Below are positions 26,157 through 38,872 of a stretch of 64,000 bases of DNA, piece by piece. The first letter of the stretch is position 1. Each line of letters begins with the position of its first letter. This DNA comes from Ruditapes philippinarum. Taxonomy: Eukaryota. The stretch is taken from positions 310,001 through 374,000 of the forward strand of contig NW_026859581.1 in NCBI RefSeq assembly GCF_026571515.1. Reading direction: 5' to 3'. Under the pieces are notes generated by a model. The model worked only from the letters and a program-made list of their open reading frames with translations, had not been told where the DNA came from and ran no database searches. The translations under genes and the position numbers were made by a program.

Positions 26157-27393
26157 TTTCTTCATTAAATGAAGTGAAAACAATATTCTGTTGAAATGTA
26201 ATTGTAAAACTACTCTGTTTAAAAATGTACAACAGATTATTTAAACATCAAATATGAAGAGAAAGGAAGAGAAATTCTAAAAAAAGTGACTATTCCCATA
26301 CTTATAGATGTGGTGATGCTATTTTAATTCAACATGAAGAAGCACAAGAGTGATGTTGTAAATATATATTTCATTAATCATGTACATAATTATATTTTAT
26401 ATATCTTATAAAAAGTAAAACAGTAATGATATTATACTAAAATTGACTGTGATTTCACACTAGCTGGTGTTAACAAGTGAGAAAACAATGTATTATCTGT
26501 GAAACAAACATAACAAGTGTGTTTGTTTGTTGTTGTTGTTTTTTTTTGTTTGTTTTTTTTTTGTAACCAGATTAAGCTGTACGGAGATTGAAACAATTTA
26601 TAAGACTTCATTTGTAGACACAAAAATGGATACATATAAGTAAAAAAGTACATTTGCTCTATCTTTTATAAAATCACAATATGGAAAATTATGTGCAACA
26701 CTTGTCTTGACATCACTAAGCATATGATCAATATACCAAATATTCAAATTCCATTGACGTAGAAATGTCAGACATATGTCAATCACGTAACAATTTTGAA
26801 TATTTTATATTTGGATAATTTATACGTTAAAAGACATGAACCAAATACTAATAATTGCTGGACAAAAAATAGATGTACACTTATCTGTCCGTGTTTAACA
26901 GTCATATTATATCATTGTAAAATATAAATGAAAATAACAAATAAGCAATGAAGTTACAAGTTTCCTGCAAGACATAATTGTTGTGTTTTTGCGTTATTTT
27001 GAATTTATTCGGAAACAACGTTTGACAATTGTTTGGTTTATTGACGTCATATATGACGTGTGAGCATTCTTTTTTATGTTGTGCATAATGCACCTGACTG
27101 CGTTATCTGTATGATAGTGGAATAGTGTGAAGCTTATTAGAATATGGATCCTAAAACGACCGTATTTTTCCCTATTGCACATAATAGGGCCGAAAGTGTG
27201 TGTAAATATACAAATAAACCATTGCTGGTATTCTATATTTAGACGTGACACGTAAACACTAACAATGTAACGCGCTGAAAATAAGTACGGAAACAAATCA
27301 GGCACAATTTAGCTTGATATATCAAGTATGGCAGCATTTATTTGTTGATGTGTTAGAATCGAAATAATACATCCCACGCAGTGATTTTAATCA

Positions 27394-28511
27394 AAGGGAC
27401 CAGGCACAGTGTTGGGATAGTGTAAAAAAGTAATTCTAGAAAAAAAATTATACTTTATATATAATATATAGACAAGGGGTTGAACTCGCCAAATCGGCCG
27501 AACGCCCCTAGTCCAGTATAAGTCAAAATTGCAAAGTCATTCTTGCGTAAATCATATAAAGCTATATATCAAATTGCAGCTAAATGACATCACTAGACGT
27601 TGACAATAACATTACTGTCCCAACTTAAATCGTTTTTGAACAACAAACCGATATTTCGGATGACACATCGTATTTTTGCTAGGTCGGACACAACCGTGCA
27701 ACCTGTCCCCACTCGATTTTCTACGTGTAAAAACGCAATTCCAAACCATGACATTATTTCAACCCGCAATAAATCGATAATACAAAACAAAAGAAACAAC
27801 TTACCGCCGGAAATTGATTTTTAAAATGTTTTATAGCGTCTGTAAACAATTAATTCCTGAATGTGAAAATGAAAGTTGTAATCAGCATCCATTGGCTATC
27901 ACGTGACCAATTTGAAACGGATTATTTCATTGGTTGATTAAAATACAAAGCATTGCTGGGTCACAGAATCGTCCAATCAAACGATGTCTTACAACCGTTG
28001 CCGAGTATGTATCATGGCTTCAAAAAATATTTTGACGGAAGAGAAATAAAAAGAAATGAATGTTTGCTATAGTTGATTGGTTTTGGAACAATTTCCAGCG
28101 GTAAGTTGTTTATTTTGTTTTGTTTTATCGATTTATTGCGGGTTGGTATAATGACATGGTCTGGAATTGCGTTTTTACCCGTAGAAAATCGAGTGTTGAC
28201 AGGTTGCACGGTTGTGTCCGACCTAGCAAAAATACGATGTTTCATCCGAAATATCGGTTTGTTGTTCAAAAACGGTTTAAGTGGGGACAGTAATGTTATT
28301 ATCAACGTCTAGTGATGTCATTTAGCTGCAATTTAATATATAGCTTTATATAATTTACGCAAGAATGACTTTGCAATTTTGAGTTATACTGGACTAGGGG
28401 CATTCGGCCGATTTGGCGAGTTCAACCCCTTATCTATATATTATATATACAATATATATATTTTTTAAAAATTACTTTTTTTTCACTATCCCAACACTGT
28501 GCTGGTCCCTG
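27394..28511. mobile_element. Fold-back element with ~420-bp inverted arms containing CACAGTG near both ends
   Basis: Arms ~27395-27820 and ~28090-28510. CACAGTG at 27405-27411 and CACTGTG at 28495-28501. Flanked by direct repeat tgattttaatca (27382-27393, 28512-28523). Confidence 0.85.
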
Positions 28512-31500
28512 TGATTTTAATCAGATGTTTTACAGAGCATTTTCAATATGAATACTTGTTATGACAATTTGATATTTCAGTTAGCATATATGAAACATGT
28601 CTTAAACAGGCATTAAAATGAATGCATTATCCTTTTCTTTGTATAATACATATATGATATATGTCTGTTTTACACTATAGTGATGTGTATAATATATAAT
28701 TAAGAAATTGATATACAAAAATGATTGTTATCCAAATATGTTTTCTACACCATTATCAATATGTATGTTATGTCAACTTGTTATTTCAATTATAACCCTA
28801 TTGATTTTGGGGTCACAAGGTCAAAGGTCAAGGTCACTATTACTTTAAAACTGAAAACAGTTTCCGGAGCATAACTTAATTCTATTTGGCCCACAATATT
28901 CAAACTTTATAGGAGGATTGCTATTGGAAGGATGTAATAGTTTATATAATTTATGTAATGTCTTACAAATGCTTTATCCTTAATATAAAAAAAACACTTT
29001 CGGGCATATAATGATCCGCCTAGCGGTGCTCTTGTTTAGATATGTTTTCATTTGCCAATGTATTTATTTGTATGTGCCATAAGCATTGTTAAACTTTTAA
29101 TGCAATAAAATTATTGAATTCAATTGTAAAGCTGCCAATGTGTGTTTACCTACTTGCAAGGTGTGAATTATCATATCAGAATATCAGATAATCGGTTACG
29201 TACTCGTAAGCGTAAACAGAAAAAACCTTATTTCCTGACTGTGTTATTGTTTGATTTTATTAACCTGTCAATGGCATACTGTTTATACAGTCAATGCACA
29301 CAGTAAATAAGACGTTCCGTAAGATGTACGCAGTAAGATGTGATCAAATTTAATTTGTGTCTATAAAATAGTTATACTGAGCGTTATAGGAAATGGGATT
29401 AAATACGGGTTTATAATTTGTAAATGCCCTACGTGTTGCAAGATCGAGACCGCGTACTTCTTATTTATATTTTCAACATTTTGAAACATTATTGTTTATT
29501 ATGATGTTCTGGTTTTTTGTTGTCTTTTTTTGTTGTCTTTTTTGCAAGCACTTGGCCATTTCCATTAAAATTTACTGCAAAATAAAGAAAGAACAAAGTC
29601 AACAGTAGAGATTGGTCCACAGACCTCTCATATATTAGGCACTTAACCTACAGTGACGTATACTAAGCTAGTGTGATTTTTTAGTTTTATACTCCATATT
29701 CATTCTCGTAAACTACAAGAAAATTACCAAAGTGTGACCGAATATTTAAATGAGTCCTAATGTAATCATAATTTATAGTTCAATAAAATCAGACTATACT
29801 TAAGATTATTCATGCGAAACAACAGACAATGAAATCATTTAATATAAACAACCATGAATATCGAAAATTGATATTTGATAAATGGATTTGTTGGTATCAC
29901 AATGTAAAATATATACGACTGAAATTAGTAAAAAATCTAAAGAAGAAAAATGATTCAGAAACTCAAGACAAAAAATTGAAGGACAATTCAGTGAATCTAT
30001 TTTTTTTTTTGCGCTAATATAGCGAAAATTAGATACTCGCAAAAAACATCCCGGATATATCATTTAGTGTATTTCAACTTTACCGTATTAAAGTAATATA
30101 TGAATAGTATAACATTCAAATAATGTGTGCACATTTCTTATTTACTTAAGTAATTATTACATAATGCATTTTGTATGCAATTTGCTCTGCATAAATAAGA
30201 TTTTTGATTTCCCACAAGAATAGGCCTGATATAACCTTTTGTTATCTGATCAAATATTTTCAATCTATTTTTCGAAAATCTATTCATTATAATTAACTTC
30301 CTGGTTAGTAGATAATGGCATAAATATTTTGAAAACAACCAAATCATTACAATAAGTAATACTAGATTACAGGAATGTGGACTTATTTAAAAAGATATAT
30401 TTTCTTTGTATAAAGTGGTGCGATATTTCTTTGTTAATTAATGAACAGTCATATATTGACTGAACAGTGTGTGCTATAATTTAACATTTTGAGAAGATAA
30501 CTATGTAGTCATTGGTAGAAAAGTTGTTTAGGAGTAACTGTAAAAATAAAATCTTGGGAAAATAGATTAACAATAAATTAAAAAGAGAAAAGAAATTGGG
30601 ACAATTTTATATGCTGTTATTTTTGTGTTGTATCGATCAATAAGAAGAATAGGTTTGAACACGTAAATATACAAGATGGCTACAGGTGGACTATTAGATA
30701 CGAATACTCTTTCTGATGAGATATTTGATGTATCTCAATTCAAATCAGGAACCAGCAAAAGTCTGCCAAAGGCACCAGCAAGGAGATGTGACAGACACAG
30801 TCATGAGCCTATTGATATGTACTGTCAAAAGCATGATAAAGTTGGCTGTTCTACATGTATGGCAGTTGATCACAGGTAGCTTTCAGTAGTTTGATTACCT
30901 ATTTTTCGAGTGGGTTGGTTTTGATCAGGTAGAATTTCATCTTATATATTTTTGATATGGTTTTAAAAAAATCATTTTGAATTTTAACAATTGATTTTGG
31001 ACTCACCAACATTGTAATGATGATATAGCTTCTTTTCAGCACTCTCCCGTGAATAATTTCAGGTACTTGCTGGCATCTATGTAAAACAATTAACGTTCCA
31101 TTAACTAGCCAGATATTCTCCCGAACATAAAAAATCCAAGAAATCTGGCAGGATTTGAACCCAGAACAGTGAGTGGCTAGTATAGAACCGCCTATAAAAC
31201 AGTTAATACAACATTTGCTCTCAGATGAACATAAACATTAATGTCCATAAACCTCTTATTCCTTTCAGATCATGCCAAAATAAATTCTTTATACTAGAAT
31301 TTATCAGAGACAATAATTACCAAAGTGTTTCAAAAACAGTTCAAACAAATCTTAACAAAATAGCCATGACCCTTGCAGAACAAGCTAGGAAATTAAAACA
31401 GCATAAACAAAGGCTGCCAAAAAAGAAAGAAAGAGTTATTGCTGATATCAGAAAGTTGTGACCATCTTGACAAGCTGGAGAAAAATTCTGTAGATAAGAT

Positions 31501-32960
31501 AGAAGATAATTTCAACTGTCTTGAGAGCAAGATCGACGATGGTCTTAAACAGATAGAAGCACTTAAAGCCACGGTAACGACAGCAAGAAATAAGTTAGCC
31601 TTTCCACACCCAAATCAAGCTGACGTGTTTGTTAATGTGAAGATGGCAGAGGATGTTGCAAATGTAGCCAACAAATATATGGAAGATACAAATATGAAGT
31701 GTACAGTTGACGAATTAGATTTCATACCTGATAAAACAATTCTTTCACAGGTTAAACAAAATATTGCTCTTGGGCCACGAACAAAGACTTCTACAAAATA
31801 TGCAAGCAGTTTATTTCAGATAAGACGAGACAAATCATATTGTGTAAAAGTTAAGTCTGATACAGAAGACTGTTATATCTCCAGTGCCTGCTGTCTTAAA
31901 AATGGTTCAATACTTTTAGCAGATCACAACAACAAAAAGCTCAAACAGATACGTGGCTACAACTACACTGTAACAGATTACTATGACCTACCAGAACAAC
32001 CATGGCAAGTGTGCTCAATCAGTAAAACAGATGTAGCATTAACTTTGCCATTACAACATGAGGTTCATTTTATTTCTGGGGAAGAGAAAATGAAAAGAAC
32101 AAACAAGATTAAGACTGATTTTGAATGTTATGGTCTTGCATACACAAACAATAATTTATATATTTCGGATGCAAGCACATCAGTATATGTGTATACATTG
32201 TCTGGTACGAAACTACAGCATTTCAGTGAGACCCAATCAGGACAAAAGCTGTTCTCTAACATACACAGTATAGCTGTCAGTACGGATGGTGCAAGGATTT
32301 ATGTTGCTGACTTTTATAATGGACTGATAGTACTTGACAACAATGGTCAAGTTATTACAACATCTAACGGTGAACAATTTTGTGGGGCTAATTGCTGTTA
32401 TATCACTAAAGCAGGAAGTATGCTGGTATCTACATATGGCTCCAGTGTTTTACAGTTTACACCTGATGGTGAGCTGATAGGAGAGGTTATAAAAGCTGAC
32501 AGTGAAGGAAGAAGTGAAATTTTGTCAGTTTGCTGTAATCAACAAATGTCTAGGATGTTTGTTTGCAGCATTGATGATAACATTGGAGTATATGGTATTT
32601 AATTTCTTCATTGAATGAAGTGAAAACCATATTCTGTTGAAGTGTAATTGTAAAACTACTCTGTTTAAAAATGTACAACAGATTATTTAAACATCAAATA
32701 TGAAGAGAAAGGAAAAGAAATTCTAAAAAAGTGACTATGACCATATCTATAGATGTGGTGATGCTATTTTAATTCAATGTGAAGAAGCAAGAGTGATGTT
32801 GTAAATATATTTCATTTATCATGTACATAACTGTATTTCATAAAAAGTAATACAATAATAAAATAATAATAAGATTGACTGTAATTTCACACTAACTAGT
32901 GTTAACAAGTGAAATAACAATGAATTATCTGTGAAACAAACAAAACAAGTTTGTTTGTTA
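28512..32960 (+). repeat. Tandem segmental duplicate of the TRIM copy-2 cassette (~21060-26560)
   Basis: 28515-28785 is nearly identical to 21065-21340. 29040-30670 is similar to 22530-24230. The genes and 3' flanks are homologous. Confidence 0.85.
30676..32602 (+). pseudogene. TRIM/NHL-like copy 3 (B-box1 deleted), frameshifted in exon 2
   Basis: join(30676..30875,31269..32602). A short out-of-frame deletion at ~31456 (atc aga aag ttg tga versus atc aga aga ttt cga caa gaa atc aat gac in copy 2) gives a stop at 31459-31461. The downstream frame is intact. Confidence 0.85.
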
Positions 32961-33409
32961 GTTTGTTAGTTAGTTTGTTTGTTTGTTTGTTTGTTTGTTT
33001 ATTTAAGATTGTATTTTTTGAAAAACTTTATTGTGTATCATTTTGTGCTTTCTTTTAAATTAACAAAAACTGTCAGAAGAGCTTCCGGTTCCAATTTTTC
33101 TCATTGCTGGATAGTAGACAAGACATGTTTTAAATAAAGAAGCGATTTTAAAAGAAATTGCAATGCACTTTTTGTGCATGTCAGGCTTAGAACACATCAA
33201 AATGCATCAAATTATCAATTCTCGAATTCCTAATTGAATCGATTGACCACGAACAAATTTTGATTAACAAAAGTTTACAATCCGAGATTGACCTATGACC
33301 CAAATGGAGTATGAGGTACGAGTCATTAAGGTGCTCCTATACACACAATTTTCAAAGTCAAATTACTTTTAACTGTCAGTGTTATTTTTTTAATTTATTT
33401 TATTTTATT

Positions 33410-33435
33410 ATTTTTTTTTTTTATTTTATTTTTTT

Positions 33436-33466
<31 letters not shown>

Positions 33467-33475
33467 GGTGGGGGG
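33410..33475. repeat. poly(T) followed by poly(G) tract
   Basis: More than 20 consecutive G from 33446. Confidence 0.9.
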
Positions 33476-34186
33476 TCAACCTTAAGCCCAGTGACATTAC
33501 ATGTTTGACCTGGAAAATTCTGTAGCATGTAGAACTCATACAGGTATATCAGTTCATCTACTAATAAAGTCTAAAGTTTTAAGGATCGATGCATATTGGT
33601 TAAATGTCCTGTTCTATATGTTGTTATTTAGTTGTCCCAGAGACCCTGAACTTTAACCTTTTGACAAAATATCTATTGTAGCAGGTAGAACTATTCTAGG
33701 TGAATATTTCCTATATACAAAAGTTTGATTGACGCACTTCGATCTAATTACAGGTCCAAGTGACCGTGACCTTTGATCTGACAATCGGTGTGGAAATTAG
33801 AACTTTACATGTGTGAGACATTTGTTGTCAAAGAAAATAACTGGTTGCAGGTTTTGTCTCAGCTGGGGACAAATCTGTAATGGAACACAAAATATTTTAA
33901 ACATATATTGAATATTCACTTTTATTCCATATCTCTTTTTGTTCCTTGTCAGTATTTAAAGAATAAAATGATTAAAACTGTAACATTTATATTTTCTATT
34001 TGGATGGCTTACTAGCACACAAACTAAACAAGACCCGAAGGATGGTTTATATATTTTATTATATGTGTTGCATCCAAGTATACACTCATAAACTCCCAAA
34101 CATCAAGTAAACATACACACAGTAACAATAACGATATTTGATATTAAAGGCGTGGCTTATTATATCTTGTAGACTTGCTTACTACA

Positions 34187-34201
34187 TCCTCCTCTATCTT
34201 T
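34187..34201 (-). promoter_or_regulatory. Polypurine tract
   Basis: Minus strand aaagatagaggagga abuts the 3' LTR. Confidence 0.85.
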
Positions 34202-34812
34202 AGTTTAGAACTCATCAATAAAATCAATAAACTTAAATCATCAAAACTTAAAATTTAAATGTGCAAACATATTGTAATAAGAAATATTTTTTTCCGTATC
34301 AAATAAACTATACAGCAAGTCTATTGTTATAAACTCTTCTCCTTTTTCAGCAGAGTTCATTAACCAATGCGATTTACTCTAATCAGTGTACTAGGCATCT
34401 GCTTCAACGAAGTAATGTTAAATATAATGTTATTGTTAATTGTCATATCTTTTCTATTTTTCGGAATGTCACAAAATATCAAGCAAATTACATTATTATC
34501 ACAACATTTGTTCAAACAACTAGCATTGTTATCTCGAGAATGATTTGTTTTTCCGTTCTACCACACAAAACCCAATTATAAGGTAATTTAATAAAAACCA
34601 AAAGTATTAATTTCACGAATAACAGAATGTTCTCACATACGTTATCATTTTTTCTTAAGATTAATAAATCCAGCAAGCGGATATAAATGATACACTGCTA
34701 TGATAGCGAATATAATTAGGGCATTATTATGGCCCACACATTTGAGTCATTAACCCTAATAGCTGTAACGAGAAATGGTATCATAGATTAAACCATTTTC
34801 TTTTTTTTTCTT

Positions 34813-37800
34813 TTAATCTTCATAACGTCTCGGCGGTCGGCGTTTCCTCTGCGGCCTATTTCTAGGTAAAGATGTATTATCTACAGGTTTCGTCTGCACC
34901 GGCTCTTGATCTCCATGAACATATCTAAATTTGGAAACGTCCCGTGTGATTTCTTTTCCTCTATGTTTGATTGTAAGCATAGATCCTTTCATAGCAATGA
35001 TTATTCCGGGGGTAGGGTCAAACGCTGTTTCAAACTTATTTCGTTGTTCCCGTTTTAATAATACACGATCTCCCAGTTTCAAATTATTTCGCTGAGCTCT
35101 ACGTTTCTTATCAGCGTATATTTTGTTTTTCGCTTTTGATAGACTGTCCCTGTCACGAATATCTGTATCTTTGTTATCAAATGTCATTTTTGGTAATTTT
35201 GTCTTTAGTTTACGATTGAACAGTAATTCACTAGGAGCTGTTTGTGTAGTTGTTTGTGGTGTGTTCCGAAAATTCATAAGATATCTACTTAACGCTCTTT
35301 TATAATCTTGTCTGGACGCTATCGCTGTTTAAATTGCTTTTTGCAGTGGCGCCATAAATCTCTCAACTATTCCATTTGCCTGTGGGTGCAATGGAGTGAT
35401 TCGTTTATGTTTGAATCCCGAATTATCAGCAAATTCTCTGAATGCGCGACTTTGAAACGGAGGTCCATTGTCCGTTTTCACTACTTCTGGATATCCGAAT
35501 ATCGAAAATATCGCCTCTAATCGCGGTATGACTGTATCTGCGGCAGTCGATTTGATTCTTTCAACTACTGGAAATCTACTGTAGTCACATATAACAACTA
35601 GTAACATGTAACCGTCTGGAAATGGTCCACAAAAGTCACAACTGACTTCAGAAAACACATCTCGTGGTAGTAATGTTGGTTTGATCGGGTCTGGAATAAT
35701 TCTTGTTGATGCAGCTTGGCATACAATGCATGATCTACAAATTTCTTCCACCATTCTATCCATATGTGGAAACCAGCAATACTCACGTAATAATCCTTTG
35801 CATTTTGATTGGCCTTGGTGACCTTCATGCGAAAGCATAACAGTTTGTTTTTGCAGACTTTCTGGTATGCAAAGTTTTGTACCCCGTAAAAGCACAAATC
35901 CATCTTCCGTATATGCAACTGCAAGTTCTTGATTTTTATTCAAATTCTCGTATAACCGAAAACTTTCATCTAATTTGCATTTTTGAGTTTTCCAGTCATT
36001 TTGTTCTAACGCATTTCTTACACAGCTTAATGTACAGTCCGTTTCGGTAGCTTTTGCTACATCTGACAGCTTCAATGCATCTGGCAAAGCGTTATCAGTA
36101 ATAAAGCTGATATACTGCTCGGCTACTGTATTTGTTTCGTGTCTTGCATGTGGATGCCTGGAAAGATAATCTGATATCATCATTTTACCTGGTCTATAAA
36201 CTGTCTGAAAATCATACGTTGTCAACTTCAAACGCCAACGTTCTAATCTTGGTGACTGTATTGTCTTGATATTGTTGAAGATTGATTGAAGTGCAGCATG
36301 ATCTGTTATCAGTTTAAATTTCTTGCCGAATAAATACAAATGGAAATGCTGAATCATGATGACAGCACTCAAAGCTTCTCTTTCTGTTTGAGAATATCGC
36401 GTCTGAACCGAATTGTATGCTTTGCTTCCATATGATACTATTTTGCCGTTTTGAATAAGTATTCCTGAGCATCCAACTGGACTTCCGTCGACCCAGAGTT
36501 CAGTTTCCTTTCTAGGATCGAAATATGTCATGACCTTATCACTAATTAAGGTATCTTTTAATGATGTGAACGATTTTTCTTGGTCGGCAGTACATTCAAA
36601 TTTTACACCTTTATGAGTAAGTCGTCTTAATGGTTCTGTTAAGCTTGAATAGCCATCTATGAATTTAGACAAATAGTTCGTGAGACCCAGAAATGAACGG
36701 ATTTCGGATATTGATTTTGGTCTGTCCATATTTTTCACTGCATTTACTTTGTCAGGATCGGGTGAAATTCCGGATTCGGAAAATACGTATCCGTAGAACT
36801 TGATTTTAGATTGTCCGAATGAACATTTTTGGCTGTTCAGTGTGAGGTTTCTATCTTGAAGACGTTGCAGTAAAGCGCGAAGATTTGCGTCGTGTTCCTC
36901 ATGTGTCTTACCAAAACATACGATGTCGTCGGCAATATTCAATATGCCTTTAAGACCTTGAAGTGCTTGACGAAGCTCATTTTGGAAAATTATCGGTGCT
37001 GCGGACACCCCGAAATTTAGACGTTTATACCTAAACAGTCCAATATGTGTCTGAAACGTTGTCATTACACGTGATGCTTCATCCAATTCAATTTGATGGA
37101 AAGCTTTGTACAGATCTAGACGTGAAAATACCGTTGCGCCGTTTAACGTCAAGATGATATCATCTACCGTCGGGCAAACATTTTTCTCTGTTTTGATTGC
37201 GGTGTTAGCTTTTCTCATATCCACGCACACTCTCACTTCATGCGGAGCATTAGGTTTCGGAGCCGCTACTAAGTTCGAAACCCATGGTGTCGGTAAACCT
37301 ATAACCTTTTCAATAACATCCATTTCCTCTAAACTTTTCAGTTCCTGTTCGACTTGCGCACGTACATGAAATGGAACTCTCCTAGGCGGTTGAGCTACAG
37401 GTACAACACTTTCATCAATATGAAACTTAACTTTTCTGTCTTTCAGACATCCTAAGCCTGTGAAAACTTGAGAATATTCTTCAATAAGTCCTGAATATGC
37501 GTCTTTGCTTTGAACTGATTTATGAACTGATTGTATTTGCGGTAAAATCCCGAGCTCTACCGATAATTCATAACTGATCAATGATTCTTTGTTACCTTTA
37601 ACGATATGGAAATCTTTTGTCATAAATTTTGAGTCCGACTCCACAAGCAGGGAACATTTGCCTATGAATGGAAGTGGAGATTTCTGTCCAAATGCGAATG
37701 CTTTTGTTTTCGTTTTCTTGATTTCTGGACGGATTTTCATTTTCTCGAGGTCGATTTCGCTAATAATATTTAACGATGAACCGCTATCTATCAACACATA

Positions 37801-38778
37801 AACATCTACTCCATTTAATTTAATGCATTTCTTTGGCACTTTTTTTCCATCTGATATTTTAAATCCAAATAAAACATCGCACTCATTTGAACTAACACTC
37901 GACGTGCTTGCCTCTGATAAAACTTGTGAATCCGACTGTTCATCATCGATTAACTTCACCTTGTTTTGACGTTTTCTGCAGACCGATATAAAATGATTCT
38001 TCTTATGACAGTAATTACATTCCGCTCCGATAGCAGGACAACGTGACATATGGGGATACCTTCCTCCACAATTTCGGCATTTTTTATTTCGTTCTGGAGG
38101 GTAGTTTCGCCTTCCCGACGACAAACTTGCTTCTGGGATAGTTTGATATGAACGTTGCTGATAACGTTTAGGTGCGAATCCCTTTGATTGACGGCTAAAT
38201 CGAGGATTGCTTTTTACCCGCACTACTTGCTGACTACTTTCATCCTTTGACATATTTGCTGCTTGAGTTTTTGATATTTCCATACTTCTCATTTTTGTAA
38301 GTAAGTCATTAAGTGATTTATCCGGATCTTGTAAACACTGCATTCTCATGTTTTGTGAAATAACACCCTGTATGATCTGGCTTTTAATTTCTGAGTCAAT
38401 GTCCGAAAATTCACAATTCTTAGCTTTCTGGCGTAATCTTGTTGTAAACTGGTCGATAGATTCCCCATGCAGTTGCTTCATATTACGAAATTCGAATATT
38501 TCAAATTGTGTGTTTTTTCTTGGCTTAAAGTATGCTGTTAATCCAATTTTCGTTTCTTCGTAGTTTTCATTGTCTTCTCTTAAATTCAATGTATCATAGA
38601 TATCGTAAACATCATCTCCTGCATAATGAAGTAACAGTGCTTTTTTTCGTTTTCTAGTGTTTATACCCAGTCCAACAAATAAGTTTTCTAATTTATCCAA
38701 ATACTTTTCCCATCGTACTCCCAGAGAATTTTCATCAGCAAAAACATCGAATTTCGGAAAAGCAGGTAAATTATCCAT
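34813..38778 (-). CDS. Gag-Pol polyprotein (two CCHC knuckles, protease, RT, RNase H, integrase) with one in-frame TAA at 35329-35331
   Basis: CRNCGGRYPHMSRC and CNYCHKKNHFISVC; LIDSGS; IADD; HEGHQG..CIVC; DFCGP, TDNGPPF, NGIVERF. ORF 34813-35277 is in the same frame after KAI*TAIASRQDYKRALSRYL. Confidence 0.95.
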
Positions 38779-38854
38779 TTTCAAATTTCAAATCTGTTTT
38801 TTTTTTCACAGAGTCAGTTTAAATTAATCCGCAATTTTTTTTTTTTTTTTTAGT

Positions 38855-38872
38855 ATCCCATCCTCGTCGCCA
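38855..38872 (-). promoter_or_regulatory. Primer-binding site complementary to the 3' end of tRNA-Ser(GCU)
   Basis: Plus strand atcccatcctcgtcgcca matches the known 3' end of metazoan tRNA-Ser(GCU) plus CCA; 1 nt from the 5' LTR. Confidence 0.85.

Noticed and set aside
34202-34812. Possible env gene in the long 3' region of the LTR element
   Set aside because: No ORF of 60 aa or more; AT-rich non-coding.
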